From the NCBI GenBank assembly GCA_001643675.2, contig LSRY02000008.1, positions 124,001-188,000 of the forward strand: a stretch of DNA of 64,000 nucleotides. The letters run 5' to 3'. The notes under the pieces were generated by a model. It made no database searches. It was not told the origin of the DNA and saw only the letters and a program-made list of their open reading frames with translations. Positions 1 through 13,499 of the stretch are shown in pieces. Each line of letters begins with the position of its first letter. Within the stretch, counting starts at the first letter, position 1. Source of the stretch: Monocercomonoides exilis PA203. Its lineage: Eukaryota; Protista; Preaxostyla. The position numbers were made by a program, and so were the translations under genes.

Positions 1-586
1 TATATTTATTGATCAAGAAAAAACAATGTGAAAAATAAAAAATAAAACTATTAAATATAAATATCAAGTTTCTCAACTTGCTAAACTATCCTGATACAAA
101 AAAAATACTTTGAAAGACTTTATTGAAACGGTTTGTTTAAAAGATTGTTTCAATAAACAGATTTAACAACTTTTAACCTATCAAAGCAATTGGTTTTCTT
201 TTCTTCATCTTTTTCTTCAACTGAAATATCATCACAAAACATCAGTCCTTTCTTTTCGATTCAGTTTCTTCATCAAACGTGAACGAAATACAATGAAATC
301 GATAATCAATGAATAAAACTAATTCGAACTCGTCTTTTCTCTCTTTATTCTTCTCATCACTTGTCCTTCCCGCTTCCTTTTTCATCCTCTCCTCATCTTC
401 CTTCCATTTCCACTCCGCTTCTTGAAAATTCTCCTTTTGAAAATATCTCTGAAGTTGTTTGATTCCTCTCCAGCACTTTCTGTGTCACTCTTCTCGCTGT
501 GTTTATCGATAACTCCAATTGCTTGTTAATCTCCTCTTGAAACAAATTTGCCTTCACACTCAGTTCATTGGCCGCTGTGTGAGCGA

Positions 587-3127
587 TCAGGTGAGAAAAG
601 GAGAGGAGGAGGAGGAGGAAGTGGAAGAGGAGGAAGAGGAAGAGAACGATGAAGGAGAAGCAGTTGTTGTTGAAGTAGAAGTAGAAGAAAAACGAAAATC
701 CTTCGAAACCAACTTATTCAAATCCTCCATGGACATTTTCGATTCCAATTCCAAAGGCAACGCATATGACTTCTCATATGAAGGCATCAGCTTCCTCTTC
801 ACATTCGCACTTGTTTCTCTGGCACTGGCTATTCTGTTCGGAGCTGCCACAATCGGAACCTGGTCGAGTGGGTCAAGCGGATCGAGCGGGCCAAGAAGAG
901 GAAGCACCCGCGATAGGAAAGATTGGCTGGAAACAGACGCAGCGACAGATGCGGAAGCAGTGGAGTGGGTTTCAAGCAATGTGGAGCTGGTGCAGGACGG
1001 GGAACCAGCTGGGGAGCTGTCTGGAATCAATACACGGTGGCTGAAGGCAGGCGAGAAGGAGAGGAAAGGAGGAAGCTGAGGTTCTCCCAAGGAATGGTAA
1101 TTCTGATTATCTGGAGGCATGCTCAATGTGTCTGAAGGGAATAGAGGCAATACCTCATCGAAGTCGGATTTGATGCGTGCGGAGCCAGAAAGCTGGCCGG
1201 CTGTGAGGTAAGATGGTATAAACAGCGTGGGGAAAACTGATCTTGACAAGAAGCTGAGCACATCAGAAACCGCATAGTCGTCATGCAGCCTCACCGATTG
1301 TTCGCGGATGACTGAGTCGTAAAAGGTATCATATGCAAATCTTGTGTTGTCTGCTTCACTTCTGCTTTTGGTGTACTCGAGTGGGAAACCAGCCAGATGG
1401 CTCTCAAATTCTGCAGTGGTGATGGCGGCTGAACGGCTGCGCTAGAGATAGCTGTGGCTGATGACGTCTGCGGGAGTGGGGTGGTGTGCGGAGGGCATGA
1501 GTGTGGTGAGGTGTATTGAAGAAGAAGAGGAGGAGGAAGTAGAAGAAGAAGAAGATGATGATGATGAAACAACATGAGAAGCATCTTGTGTTGCAACGTT
1601 TTAATCATTCTATGCAGAAGCAGCATCAAACGAAGACAACATCTTTTCCGGTGACCTTAGTGCAAGTTGGGGCAGTCCAAACACTTCCACAGCTCCCAGA
1701 AGATCCAGAACGCTCTCTCCATTTGCGTGTCTGTGATGACACAATAAAAATGTGGAGCCAGCAATTGCCGCAGTCATCAGAGAAGGTGTGAGTGCTTCGT
1801 TAATCGGAGGGGAGGGAGCAGAAATCAACGCAACGGCTGCAGTTGGGGGCATTTCGAGCTCTGATTCAGAGGCAGATGCAGACGCAGATCCCTGAGAAGA
1901 AGAGAGAGAAGGTGAAGGAGAATGAAGAGAAGGAGATGAAGAAGGAGATGAAGAAGAAGAAGAAGAAGAAGAAGAAGTGGAAGAAGAAGAAGAAGAAGAA
2001 GAAGAAGAAGAAGAAGAAGAAGAACTTTTGGAGATGGAGGAAGGAGAAGAAGAAGAGGAAGAGAAAGAAGAGGAAGAGGAAGAAGTAAGAGGAGGATTAG
2101 GAAGAAGAAGAAAGAAGAAAAAGAAGAAGAAAAAGATGATGATAAAGGAATAATAGAAAAATAAGTTCACTTGCGCTGAATGGATTGCTTTGTTTGCATC
2201 AGATAGGATGTAGAGAGGAGGAGGGATTGACATCACTTGTGGAGGTGGATGTGGATGCTGAGGGATTTCTAGCGTGCCGGTTAATGAATCATGTGAAGAA
2301 GAAGAGAAGATAATGAAAAAATGATGAATAAACAAGAATAAAAGCAAGATTAAGAACAAGATTAAGAAGTTGAAATAAAAGAGGAAGGTGATGAAGCAGA
2401 AGACGAAGAAGTTGAGAAAAAAGATGATGCGTTTGCAGATGAAAATGCTGAGAAAGAATATAGCGTTCTAATGATTTGCTACTGAATCCTTCTTTGATTA
2501 CTGAATTCAGGCAGAAAGTCAAGCAAGTTGTGATCAGTATCTTCACAGGCTTATTATTCTCTTTTGTTGATTTCATCTTCTCTTTTGAAAGTTATTAATT
2601 AAAGTGTTTTCCTCTCTCTCCTCTTTCTCATCCTTCTTCACTCCCTTTCCCTCCTCCTCACCACCCACCTGAATCCACTTTCTTTCCACATACGCTGCAC
2701 AGTTCAGAAGGATGCTCTGTGGCTCAAACACATCCCTCGTCGCTCACATGCTGCTTGCAAATACACATTCATTGCCCAATCTGATCTTACTAAGAATCAC
2801 ACAAACGATAGGTTGCGACGAGGAAGAAATAGTTGAAGATGCATGAAAAGAAGATATATTCGATAAATAGGCGGAGCTTGGGCCAGTCATGTTGAAGGAC
2901 TTCTGTGTGAGTGAAGATGAGTCTGTGGCGGGAGATGAAGGTGTAAATGGCTTCGGTGGAGTTCCAACAAGAATTGAAGGGGCAGACAATTGTGTGTAGG
3001 GCAAGAGAAAATAAGGAGGAGTGGCAAATGTTGAGGAGGCTGTGGTATTTTGAGAATACAGCCGAGCAGATGAGAGTGTACTGTAGAACGCGAAAAAATG
3101 TCTGCTGTTATTCATCTTCATCATCAC
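587..3127 (-). pseudogene. Fragmented Ser/Pro-rich low-complexity hypothetical gene (co-oriented ORF pieces 2744-3127, 1610-2359, 1291-1629, 587-1294)
   Basis: Successive minus-strand ORFs in different frames with similar composition; no recognisable domain; exon structure unresolved. Confidence 0.35.
1893..2140. repeat. (GAA)n-rich trinucleotide low-complexity tract (poly-Ser on minus strand)
   Basis: Direct reading of GAAGAAGAA runs. Confidence 0.9.
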
Positions 3128-3351
3128 CTCCTTCTACCCTTCTCCTGTCCCTCGACCTCCTTTCTGTTGTTGCCTGCGCAAGTCTTGAGTCGAAAGTGTA
3201 AGCTTTCAATGTGGATATCTCGTTTTTCTCATTCATCTTCGTCTTCGCCTTTGGCTTTTCACACTGATTCCCTTTCCTCTGCTTTGAACTCAATTTGCTT
3301 CTGAAATCAACCTTCGTTGCATCTTCCATTTTAATGCGCTCTCCTCTCCTC

Positions 3352-3575
<224 letters not shown>

Positions 3576-3639
3576 GCTCCTTGGCAGTATCGCAAAGCGA
3601 GAGCATGAGTGCGATATTGCTGTCAGCTCCTTCCCTCCA

Positions 3640-3829
3640 ACCACCATTTCTCTTTCTATGCCTATTCAGCTTATCCTGCACAGTCGGCGCACGGATTTCA
3701 TTCGAAACGTTGAAGCAGAGCTGGATGAACCGCAATGGAATAGGAAAGCAGTTCAAATGCCCATTCTGCGAAGTTACGAAATGCATTGACATTGATGACG
3801 ATGCTGTTTGGAGAAGGAAAATTGGATGA
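3640..3829 (+). pseudogene. Possible degenerate RING/zinc-finger fragment
   Basis: ...SCTVGARISFETLKQ...KQFKCPFC resembles the C-terminal half of a RING finger; the N-terminal half is frameshifted or absent. Confidence 0.25.
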
Positions 3830-5299
3830 AATAATTTTTGGAAGGTGCAATCAAGCCGCTGATTGAACAGCTCACATGCATCTGAAGGTCGATGGTCTGT
3901 TCTGACACGAAGTGAAAAGAAATATCACAGAAGAAGAAGGCGAAGAATAAGAAGAAGGAGAGAGGATTGAGAAATGTGAAATCAGTCGAATGATATTTCC
4001 AAAGAAAAATATGAGAAGTTCCTGTGACGTTGCTGACTGAATGAAATATCATATTTAACAAGTTGATTATACAAAATGATAATAATCCAAATTGCAATAT
4101 TTTGGCTGATGTTCTGAAATTTATCAATAAAGCTTGATTTATTCAAATCATTTGCTTTTCTTTTTGCGATTTCCTTTCCTTTTGCTTCGAAAATAGAAAC
4201 TGTTAATATTTCTCAATTTCTTTTCCTTTCCATTTTTCCTCTTCCGTTCAGCTCACAAAATCATCAGAAAATATCAATCCCCTCCTTTTCTTCTCTTTCC
4301 CTGTCTCTTCCAAAAAACATTCTTCTCCTCTCATAAAAGCGCTCCTCTTTCATGCCTTTCAACATTTCTCATTTTCCCTCTTCTCATCGGCTTTCACCCT
4401 CTTTTCCTTTTTTTCAAATTCCATTTCTCCAATCACCAATCAGTCCTCTTTCATCATCCCCAGCAACTTCTCTACATATTTACTATATTATCTCCTCAAA
4501 ATCTCCACCTGCTCTTCCCCACCCCTTTGTCTCAGAATTTCTTTCATTCAAAAACCCCTCTTGAAATATTAACATTCAAAGATATACTCAACTCCCACCC
4601 CCTGCTACAAATAATATTCTTCCATCACTTGCATGCGCCATATCCCTCATTTGCAAGGTGTTTATGAGATAAACCTCAAATATTGCTTTGGATGGTTGAG
4701 AATATTATTAAAGGAGATGATCATGCCAAAAACAGAAAAAACACCTCTGCACATTTACCACAATGTGCACGGGCTGAGAAGACCCTCCAGTGAAATACAC
4801 GATGTATTTTGTGGAGATGCACTCCATGCTGCATTTTGACCATTCTGAGACTGAAATGAAGAGATTGATTTATTTTTGGAATGACGATGGCTGTGGAAAT
4901 GAGTGTGCTTGGCGAAAAACAGTCAAAGCTCAGTTTGTTCATTATTAATTTTTCTTTATATGAATATTAACATGTTGAATGTTTTTGTGTTGTTTTCAGG
5001 GCAGGAGGTGGAAAAGAATGAAAATGAATGAAATGTTTATATCTCATAATGCAAGGTGACCATCGAGTTGGGAGAGCAAACTCAAATGGAAAGTGTGCAT
5101 GATGAAGCGATTGGGAAGGAAATTGGCGTTGATATTTTCAAGAAGCTAATTGGATTTGAATTGAGAAAGATGGAATTGAAAAAAAGCAAAAATCTTTCAT
5201 ATTTCAGAATAGCAAGCAATTAGTGAACTCAAAAGAAGGTAATGATTATTGGAAAGGCTCCTTTGCGAATCGCTTTGCCAGAGCTGTCAAAAATTATTG

Positions 5300-5665
5300 T
5301 TTTCAACAAATGCTTTTATATCTTTAGCATCAATTTCTTAATTTCTTTGCAACAACATCTTAAAACAAATTTTAATAAAAAAATTAGATTGATTATGTAT
5401 TGTTATTATTGTTTTCACGTTTAAAAAACCAGTAAACTTTTGTTTTGTTCTGTTTATTTAAGTTTCGATTTTTTTGAAAAAATTTTAATATTTTTTTCAA
5501 AATATGTTACAAAAACAATTGGAAACAAATTTAAATCAACAAATAAATAATAATAACAATATATTAAACAATATTTTCGCATAATTAAACAAAAATTTTT
5601 TCGATTCAACCCCACCCTTAATGAAAATTTTTTATGATCAAACGTCGGAATTTTTTATGATTCAA
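5300..5665. repeat. Dispersed repeat, inverted copy of ~18092-18470 (transposon-end-like)
   Basis: e.g. cccttaatgaaaattttttatgatcaaacgtcggaattttttatgat at ~5615-5661 is the reverse complement of ~18093-18139; similarity continues with divergence. Confidence 0.75.
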
Positions 5666-6238
5666 AAAAAATCACCCAAATAGCTTGTCGTATTTTTATG
5701 AATAATTTTTTTTGTAAATTTTGAATAAAAATTTGGTGAAAATATTTACACATTATTTTTATTTTTTAAAAAAAGTGAATGAAATTGTTAAAAAGAATAA
5801 ATCATCAAACAATTCTGATGCGTCTGCTCCATCATCTTCACCAAAATCAGTATCTTCATTAGGAAGATCATCTATATCAGGGATTTCTTCCTCTTCGTTA
5901 GCCTTTTCTGGATCATTTTCGTCTTCCTCGGCAACCATTCCTACGTTTTCGATGTTCAAATGTATTTCAGATTCAACGAGTTGATTTTAAGTCAGTAATC
6001 CCATCGAACGAACAATGAAAGATGCGATATATTGTTGAAGAAATATTGTTCTGGTTTAAAATCTGGGAAGATATTTCCGAAAGTGCGCCCAAAAACCTTC
6101 GGCTGCGTTAGTGCAAACTGATTTATTTTCCGGATTGATAAAATGTCTCTTATAACAAACGGTTTTGTGAACAAAACCTTCTTCATCAAGACATTTATAG
6201 GCCTTTCATTCATCGCTGTGTATTGTTGCGTGAGGTAA

Positions 6239-8597
6239 GGCAAGTTCCAAGTAAATGGACCATCGATAAAAAATATTTTTGATATTGCACACGAAAGAAA
6301 TTCCCTCAATAATTAATTGAAAATATGTTTTTTCTGTCGAAAATGCATTGAATGAAACTTTCTAATTTTTATTAGATCTATCCCATAAATATTTTCAAAC
6401 TGTATTGATTTCGTTTATATCTCAAAATGAAAGGTTTGGAGCTTCATTTTCTCAAGTGAAGGAATTAAATCTATTTTATATTTTATTATATGCTTCATAC
6501 TGTTTCATTTGTTTCTGCAACATCATTTATGAACGTTCTCATTCAAAACAAATATAATCTTCATGTTTTTGTTCAATTTGATTTATTTCTCAACCAAAAA
6601 TTTGGACGTGAATAGCTAAATTATAGAGCCACATTTTTCAAACTGTTATTGCGAAATATCAGATCAATTGACTGGATATTCTGAAAATGAATTTTGTTGA
6701 ATTGATATTGCGAAATGTGTTTGACAGGAATGCTATGTGAATTCCATGTTCAATACTAATAGCTGACATGTTTTTGATTTTATCCTTGTGTGTTGATTCA
6801 CTCAATTCTTTTTGCAGTGAAATGTCTTTAAAGTTCTCCAACGATTTTTTCAAAACAGAACATGAATTTTCCTAAATATGTGACAACTTGAAAAGAAATA
6901 ACTTCCTTTGATCACATTAATTCGTTATAATTAGGCTCGTTGAAAGATTTCGCACAACTACGTAAGCTTTTACACGGATCTGTTCTTTTTCTATTCTTTT
7001 TTGCCTGAATCTTTATATTCAGGTCCCAATATGTGCTCTGGCTTTTGGATCACAATTAGAAGCACCAAATCAAATGGATTGGAGTTCAGCTTGAAGGCCA
7101 TGAAGATCTTGTTCGCTCTGTTGAAGATATTCTCGTTGAAGAATATGTTAAATATTGTCTCGTTTATTAGCCATGAAATCAGACTTTAGGCATCAAACAA
7201 ATCCCTTTTTATATGCATTATTGAAAAAAACCAGACAAGCCGAAATTCGATTGGTCATCCTTTCACAATATTAGAAAAACTACACGTCTGAAGAGAGCAC
7301 ATCATCGAAGCAGTGCAATGTTGTTATGAATATATTTCTTTCATGTTATGATCAAATTCAGTGATTTATAGAATTCTTTTTTTCAGAATTTTCTCCCTTT
7401 AGACAGAAGCCTCCTTCTGTTCCAAGTTCAATTCTCATTCCTCTGCCTTCCACATTCAACGCAGATGTCAAATCATCCAAAGAGCAGTTCTCAATTGACA
7501 GATGCGTCTCCATCTGAACAGATCCTGACGAAGGCTGCTCGTCATACTCACTCACATGAAGAGAAGTGAATTCACAGTTCTTTAAGCTTATTTCTGCTGG
7601 CTGAGATTCTTGATTGGCCAATGATGAATAATCATCTTTCTCTTCTGGTGTTGAAGGAATCAGATAAAAAAGTGAGCAAGCTGAAAATGATAGATGTGAA
7701 AAGCTAACTCCCTCGAATGAAGCTTGGGATGTTTGCGAAATCACAAAAGGCGTTACAGAAAAATGTTGCTTTATCAGCATTGTACTGAGAAAGCTGCACA
7801 ACTCCACCCAAAACGCTGATCAAATGTAAGCAATTTGAAACATTTTTCTATTCTGACGAAGTTTGAATGAAATAGCACAATGAAAATTGGATGTTTCCTG
7901 TTTCTGTCGAAGAGGAAAACAATGAAGCACATTCGGGTGTATCAATAGCAAAAACAGAAGGAATATGAAAATCGATCGAAGAAGACGAAAGTGCGACTGT
8001 TGAAGCTCCTTCTTTTTCATAATTGTTTTTTGATTTTTTGCAAAAAAAAAGGAAATTATATAACCTATAAATATATGAGAATTTGATAAAGATTTTTGTC
8101 AAAATAAATGTGAGCTTTGATATAATCAAATAATTCAATGGAACAAATTGATATTGCCTTTTTAATTTCAATCAATTATTGAATTCACACAAACCTGTGC
8201 GCTTTTTAAAATTGATAATTTTTTTAAACTTTTGAAGTTTGTGATCATTTTTGAACTTGAAATAGCCTGTGCAATAGTAAAAACTCAATTGGGCTTCATT
8301 CGTTTGAAAAAACGTTGAAAAGAATAAACATTTAACGTTAATGTATTTCTCAAAATATGAACACAACAAAAATTAGCATGTGAAAATATATAACGTGCAG
8401 GTTAATATAAAAATCAAAGAATTAAAAACAAGGATTGTTGAATATATTAATGGGATAGATCAAATAAAAATTTGAAAGTTTCATTCAATGCATTTTCGAC
8501 AGAAAAAACATATTTTCAATTAATTATTGAGGGAATTTCTTTCGTGTGCAATTTCAAAAATATTTTTTATCGATGGTCCATTAACTTGGAACTTGCC
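6239..8597. mobile_element. Non-autonomous Merlin-type element carrying a host gene fragment (Pack-Merlin A)
   Basis: 148 bp TIRs (6239-6386 / 8450-8597, about 4 mismatches) starting GGCAAGTTCCAAGT; exact 8 bp target-site duplication TGAGGTAA at 6231-6238 and 8598-8605. Confidence 0.92.
7358..8003 (-). pseudogene. Captured fragment of the large repetitive host protein family
   Basis: IDFHIPSVFA..SLFSSSTETGNIQFSLC..QPAEISLKNCEFTSLHV..GMRIELG; frameshifted; close paralogue at ~43560-44190. Confidence 0.8.
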
Positions 8598-11404
8598 TGA
8601 GGTAAAATGTGCTCTTTGACAGCAGCTTCAAGCATTTCTTTGTTCCTTTTTGGAACCCACCATAAAAGATCTTTCAAAATGTTTTTCAGATCTTTCAACT
8701 CTACCAAAAATCCAAACTTGCTTATTCCTTTTTCCACTATTATATTTCCTTCTTCTCCACAACATTTCGTCAATTTCAACCTCCTTCCCCACTCCTCCAA
8801 TTTTGATTGGATTCTTGAATAGCACATCTACACAAACTTCCCTGCAAATATTATTATTGTATAAAACGGTGTTTCTATCCAGATATAACAAAAAACAAGT
8901 TTGCTTAATGGTTAATTCCAGCCAAAACTGCAGAAACACATGCATTATCTTATTAATTTTCGTTTTAGCCTTTGATGATGTAGTTCCTTTTAATACAGAT
9001 GTTGTTTTCAGGCATTTTTTGCACTTCAGAAAATATGCATTGTCTCTTTTACACAACAATTCTTTAATTGACAGTGTTTGCATTCTTCAGTAAAAGGAAG
9101 AAGTCAATGCTCGAAAATCCACTTCCAAGTGTGTTCCAAATTAGCAAACAAGAAATTCATGTTTGAGATCACGTCTTTTGTTTCTGGTATCTTTTTCATT
9201 TTTTATTAAAGATTTTTGATCTCACCCATTTTTTGAGAAAATAATTGCCAAAATAAAAAATACTTTATTTGGCTGATCCTTTTTGAAATCACTCTTTTGT
9301 TCGAGTTTTGATAAAAAATTTTGTTTCAATGGGATTTTTATAGAATGAATTATATTGGAAAATACAAACATCTTATGTTGATATTTCATAGGAAATACAT
9401 GTGTGATTATTTCTGAAATCATATATTTTATCGGTGTGTCGATTATTCAAAGATTGTTATTTTTTTAAAGAAATTTATAATTTGAATAAAAAAAATGATA
9501 ATTGTTTTTATTAACAAATGGGTTTTTTGAATCAAAGATCAAAATGCATTCAATAAGCCTTTTCTATTTTCAATTTTTTTATATAGACATTCAAGAAATA
9601 TTTTTACACCGAAATTTTTGAAAGAAAAAATATGATTTCGAAAAATCACCCATTTTTTTGGAAAATCCCATTGAGATGATAATTTTGATAAAAACTCGAA
9701 CAAAAGAATGATATTAAAAATGATCAGCCATTTATCAACAACTCATTTCCGCAAGGTCATGTTTGCATGTATGTTGTTAACAAATAATAATAAATCAATT
9801 AGAAAAATATCAAGCGAATTTGAGAGGAACACGTATATTCTGCTCATGCCATTGTTACAAATAGTTCAACTTGTTTGTCGAAATATCTGTGTTGTTCCTG
9901 TAATTACTCGTTCTTTCAACAAACATACTTTTTTCACTGATAGACCAAAAAATACCTGTATCATGTTTGTCTTTTTGGTGAAAGCTTTTACGAATCCGGT
10001 TAAAGAATTAAAAATAAAATCTAGTGTCATAAGCTACAAGAAAAAATAGAAAAAAGTGTTTTAAAAAACAATTCGAAATGTGGTCGTAAATTATATTTAT
10101 TGTTTTTCTATTGATTCAAACAGAAAGTGTTTTTCAGCAAAGAAGAATGCAAACAAAAGACATTATTCGGGTTTAATGGTTGAAATATTATTTTTCATGT
10201 TTTATGAAGTGTTAAAGTATTGAAAATTAAGTTTTTATTGGGAAAAAATGACGACGAAGAAAGAAGCACTGTGAAGGAGCGGAAATGGAGATTGACTGCA
10301 TCAATTAAAGAAAAATTTTCTGCATTTGCAATAGAAAGGACAGGTGTGAACTTTTGAGGGTATTTTAATAATCAATGCAATTCTTATTTCTATTATTTAA
10401 ATAATTTCTTAAATCTTTTTCCACCATTCCAACCAACAACATTTTTGATGTTGAGCGCTATTCTAAGAGATAATACATTTCAATCCGAATTTGCGGAGGA
10501 AATGAGCTTTCTTCTCATTTCACTTTGATCTCTTTATCAACGATTGTTTTGCTTGGCGGAAGGAAAGAACAATTGCTTCGTGAATGTGAATTGTTGGATA
10601 AAAAGTCCAAATGCAATCGCCATCATATTTATATGATGCAATACGGAATGAATATACCAATCTTTTTGTTGTTTATTGGTATTCAATAAACATGTTTGAT
10701 AATTATGAAAGTTCCTCATTTCTCTTTTTTCTTCAATCAGATTTAGTGGATTAAGTTTTTTTTATGAAGAAGTGCTTCTTATTGTTGGTTTCATAGAAAT
10801 CCAACTTTTCCTCTTTTGACTCACCATCTGGAAGGAAAGTCAACTTTTTCTTCTTCGTCATCTTCAGTTCTTTTGCTCGTTGCTTTTTCGATATGCAACG
10901 AAGCAAAATGAAAGACCATTTGTTCACAAGAGTCTTCTTCTTCGCCTTTGTCATTCATCTTCCTCTGAAGAGTTCAACTGGCTCATTTCATTTCTTTTGT
11001 TACGAACATCTCTTCCATATTCATTTCCAACTTGAGCAATAAATGAGCAATATCAAACAAGACAGTCTGAAAATAATCTCACAAAACGCAAGCATCTTCA
11101 ATGACGTTTCTTGTTTTTTCAAAGAAACTGCTTCATTCATTTCATCTGAGTATCCTCAAGATTGAATTTGCCAAATAAACAAAACTTAGCCCTTAATGAC
11201 CTAACATCAACCAACAAACAATGACAACGTGACAAATAAAATAGAATGAATTCTTTATATAAGAAACGGAAAATGGAAGTGCTGTTGGATGCTGTGTGCG
11301 CTTTTCTTCATCGGAAGAGACGAGACAAGTTAGATGATGAGAAGGGAGATACTATGTGCTTGATCGGGAAAGCAGGAAAATGTTCCATTTATTGAATGGA
11401 GATA

Positions 11405-11843
11405 CAGTCAAAATCGGATATAATCACATCGGTTTTTGCACAACTTTTTGTGACTCTATCCGATTGTGATTATGCACGATGATGCTTCACACAGAAAAAA
11501 ATAAAAATTTATTTTTGAAATAATTAATTTTGGGTCATTTTTTTTTCCTTCACAAAAACACATTTTTCACTCACTTGAACATTTTTGATCATAAAAACTC
11601 ATTAATTTGACTCATTTGAGCATATTTTTGAAAAAGCAAAAAATCGGAATTTTTGATCAAAAAATCGATTTTTCTTTGAAAAAATCACACATGATAATAA
11701 AAAGTGTGATTATTTATTATCTGCCCTGTGATTGTATGCGATGGAAAATGAATGAAAAATAGGCCAAAAATGTTGGTGCATGGAAAAATGTGACGATATT
11801 CGAATGTGATTATTTTCGAAGTGATTATATCCGGTTTAGACTG
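11405..11843. mobile_element. Tc1/mariner (pogo/Tigger-like) MITE
   Basis: TIRs CAGTCAAAATCGGATATAATCAC vs CAGTCTAAACCGGATATAATCAC; TA on both sides (11403-4, 11844-5). Confidence 0.85.
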
Positions 11844-11906
11844 TATTTGATTTCTATCGCACAAAGAGAAAAAATTAGAGATGAATGATGAGACAAGCTT
11901 GAAGAG

Positions 11907-12410
11907 ATGGGTACTTATTTTTGAAAAGTCGCAAATGTTTAATTTTCAAACAAATCAAAATTTTTGTATTTTACTCAAATTTTGGTTAACACACACTAAA
12001 CTTTCATAATATGGAATCTATTATTGGATAATGCTATTTCATGCATTCAAGTTAAGTTACGTGAATGTTCATAAAAATTTGAGTAAAATATGGGTGATAA
12101 TTATTCAAAACATGATTTAACGAATAAATATTTTGGTTCAAATATTGTTTCAAACTTTTTTGTTAATGAACATAGAAAATAGAAAACTCCAATTAAAACC
12201 ATCACTGGCTTTCTTTCACATCAAACTTTGTCTTTTGATACAATAAAAAATTTTTTTCATTTCAACAAAAATATTATTTTCAAATTCATTAATTTTTCAT
12301 TATTGTCAACATCCCGAAAAAAGTTATGATTTCAATAATTAACACACATATGAAAATTTTGATATATTTGAAAATTAAACATTTGTGACTTTTCAATAAT
12401 AATCACTCAT
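11907..12410. mobile_element. MITE of the (T)ATGGGTGATT..GAAAAGTCACAAATG family, diverged copy
   Basis: Left end atgggtacttatttttgaaaagtcgcaaatgtttaattttcaaa mirrors right end tttgaaaattaaacatttgtgacttttcaataataatcactcat; related to 53298-53543. Confidence 0.75.
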
Positions 12411-13499
12411 GTCTATTCAAATAAATGAAACAAAAATGGTCAAATTTTATGAAAATAATTGTTTGACACAATTCACAACTAATAGATTATATGGGTGATT
12501 TTTTTTGATATGGCAAAATTTTTTTGAAAAGTTCCTCTTCTTTAATGTTGTCCCACAAAAGATCACAATTGATCAAAAAATATCGATCATTCCTATCCCA
12601 TCAAATATTGTTTATCATTTCTTATTGTTATTTTTTGAAGTCATTATAAAATATGAAGCTTCAAATTCATCTATTTCATATAATCTTTTAACTAACTTTT
12701 CATTTTTTATTAAAATAATAAACAGTCAGTTGTAACTTGTGGTAAACAATTATTTCCACAAATATAGACCTTTTTTGTTTCGTTTATTCAAATAGACATT
12801 TTGATTTTTTGAATAATTATAACCATTTGAACATTTCAATGAGTTGAAAAAACGAAAAGGTGAAAAGTTGTATATTTTGTGTTATATTTTTGAAAGTTAA
12901 TGATCATGATTATTTTAACGTTTAAATGCTCATGATTGAAAAATAAAATTCAAGAATTTGAATATATTTATCGATTACATATGTTTTATAAAAATTGAAT
13001 AAAATCTGCAATAAAAACATCAAAAGGTTTGAAATCAAAAATTCAAAATGATATTAATCATTTTTTGAATCAAATGACGAATCACATCTTTTGTGGAGGA
13101 AATTTTCTCTTTTGCTTTTTTCTAATCATTTTCTTTTCACTTTCATTCATTTCAAGGAGAAGAAATGGTTTAAAAGTTCTTATCGCACGAAAACGGTGAG
13201 CATTGGCCGATTATCTATATTTCTGATCCTGACGTGGATGCTGTGTTTCTGTTTAGGAAGAGCTATCGGCAGACGTTGTGGGGGTAACTGAAAAACTTAT
13301 GGAGGTTGATCATTCACTGCAGTTAAAGTTTCGCTCAGTTCCTTTATCACTTTCTCTATCCTCATCTTCTTCTCCAACTGGAGCATAACTCTTATTTGGC
13401 TCTGCAATCTAGATGTCGAGAAGAAAAGAGAAGAATGCCACAGGGGTAATAAATCATCCTTATCTTCATCAGCGCCTGCGATTTATCCATCGAATGCCT

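Larger units (their letters stand above)
5759..9199 (-). pseudogene. Merlin (IS1595/ISXO2-like DDE) transposase pseudogene split by the 6239-8597 insertion
   Basis: 5' part 9199-8598: CKHC..CKKC, EVEIDE..WRRRKYNSG..WIFG.VER, VPKRNKE.L...VKEHILP. It resumes at 6238: LPHATIHSDE*KAYKCL..GFVHKTVCYKRHFINP..TNAAEGFWAHFR plus an acidic tail. Stops and frameshifts present. Confidence 0.9.
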
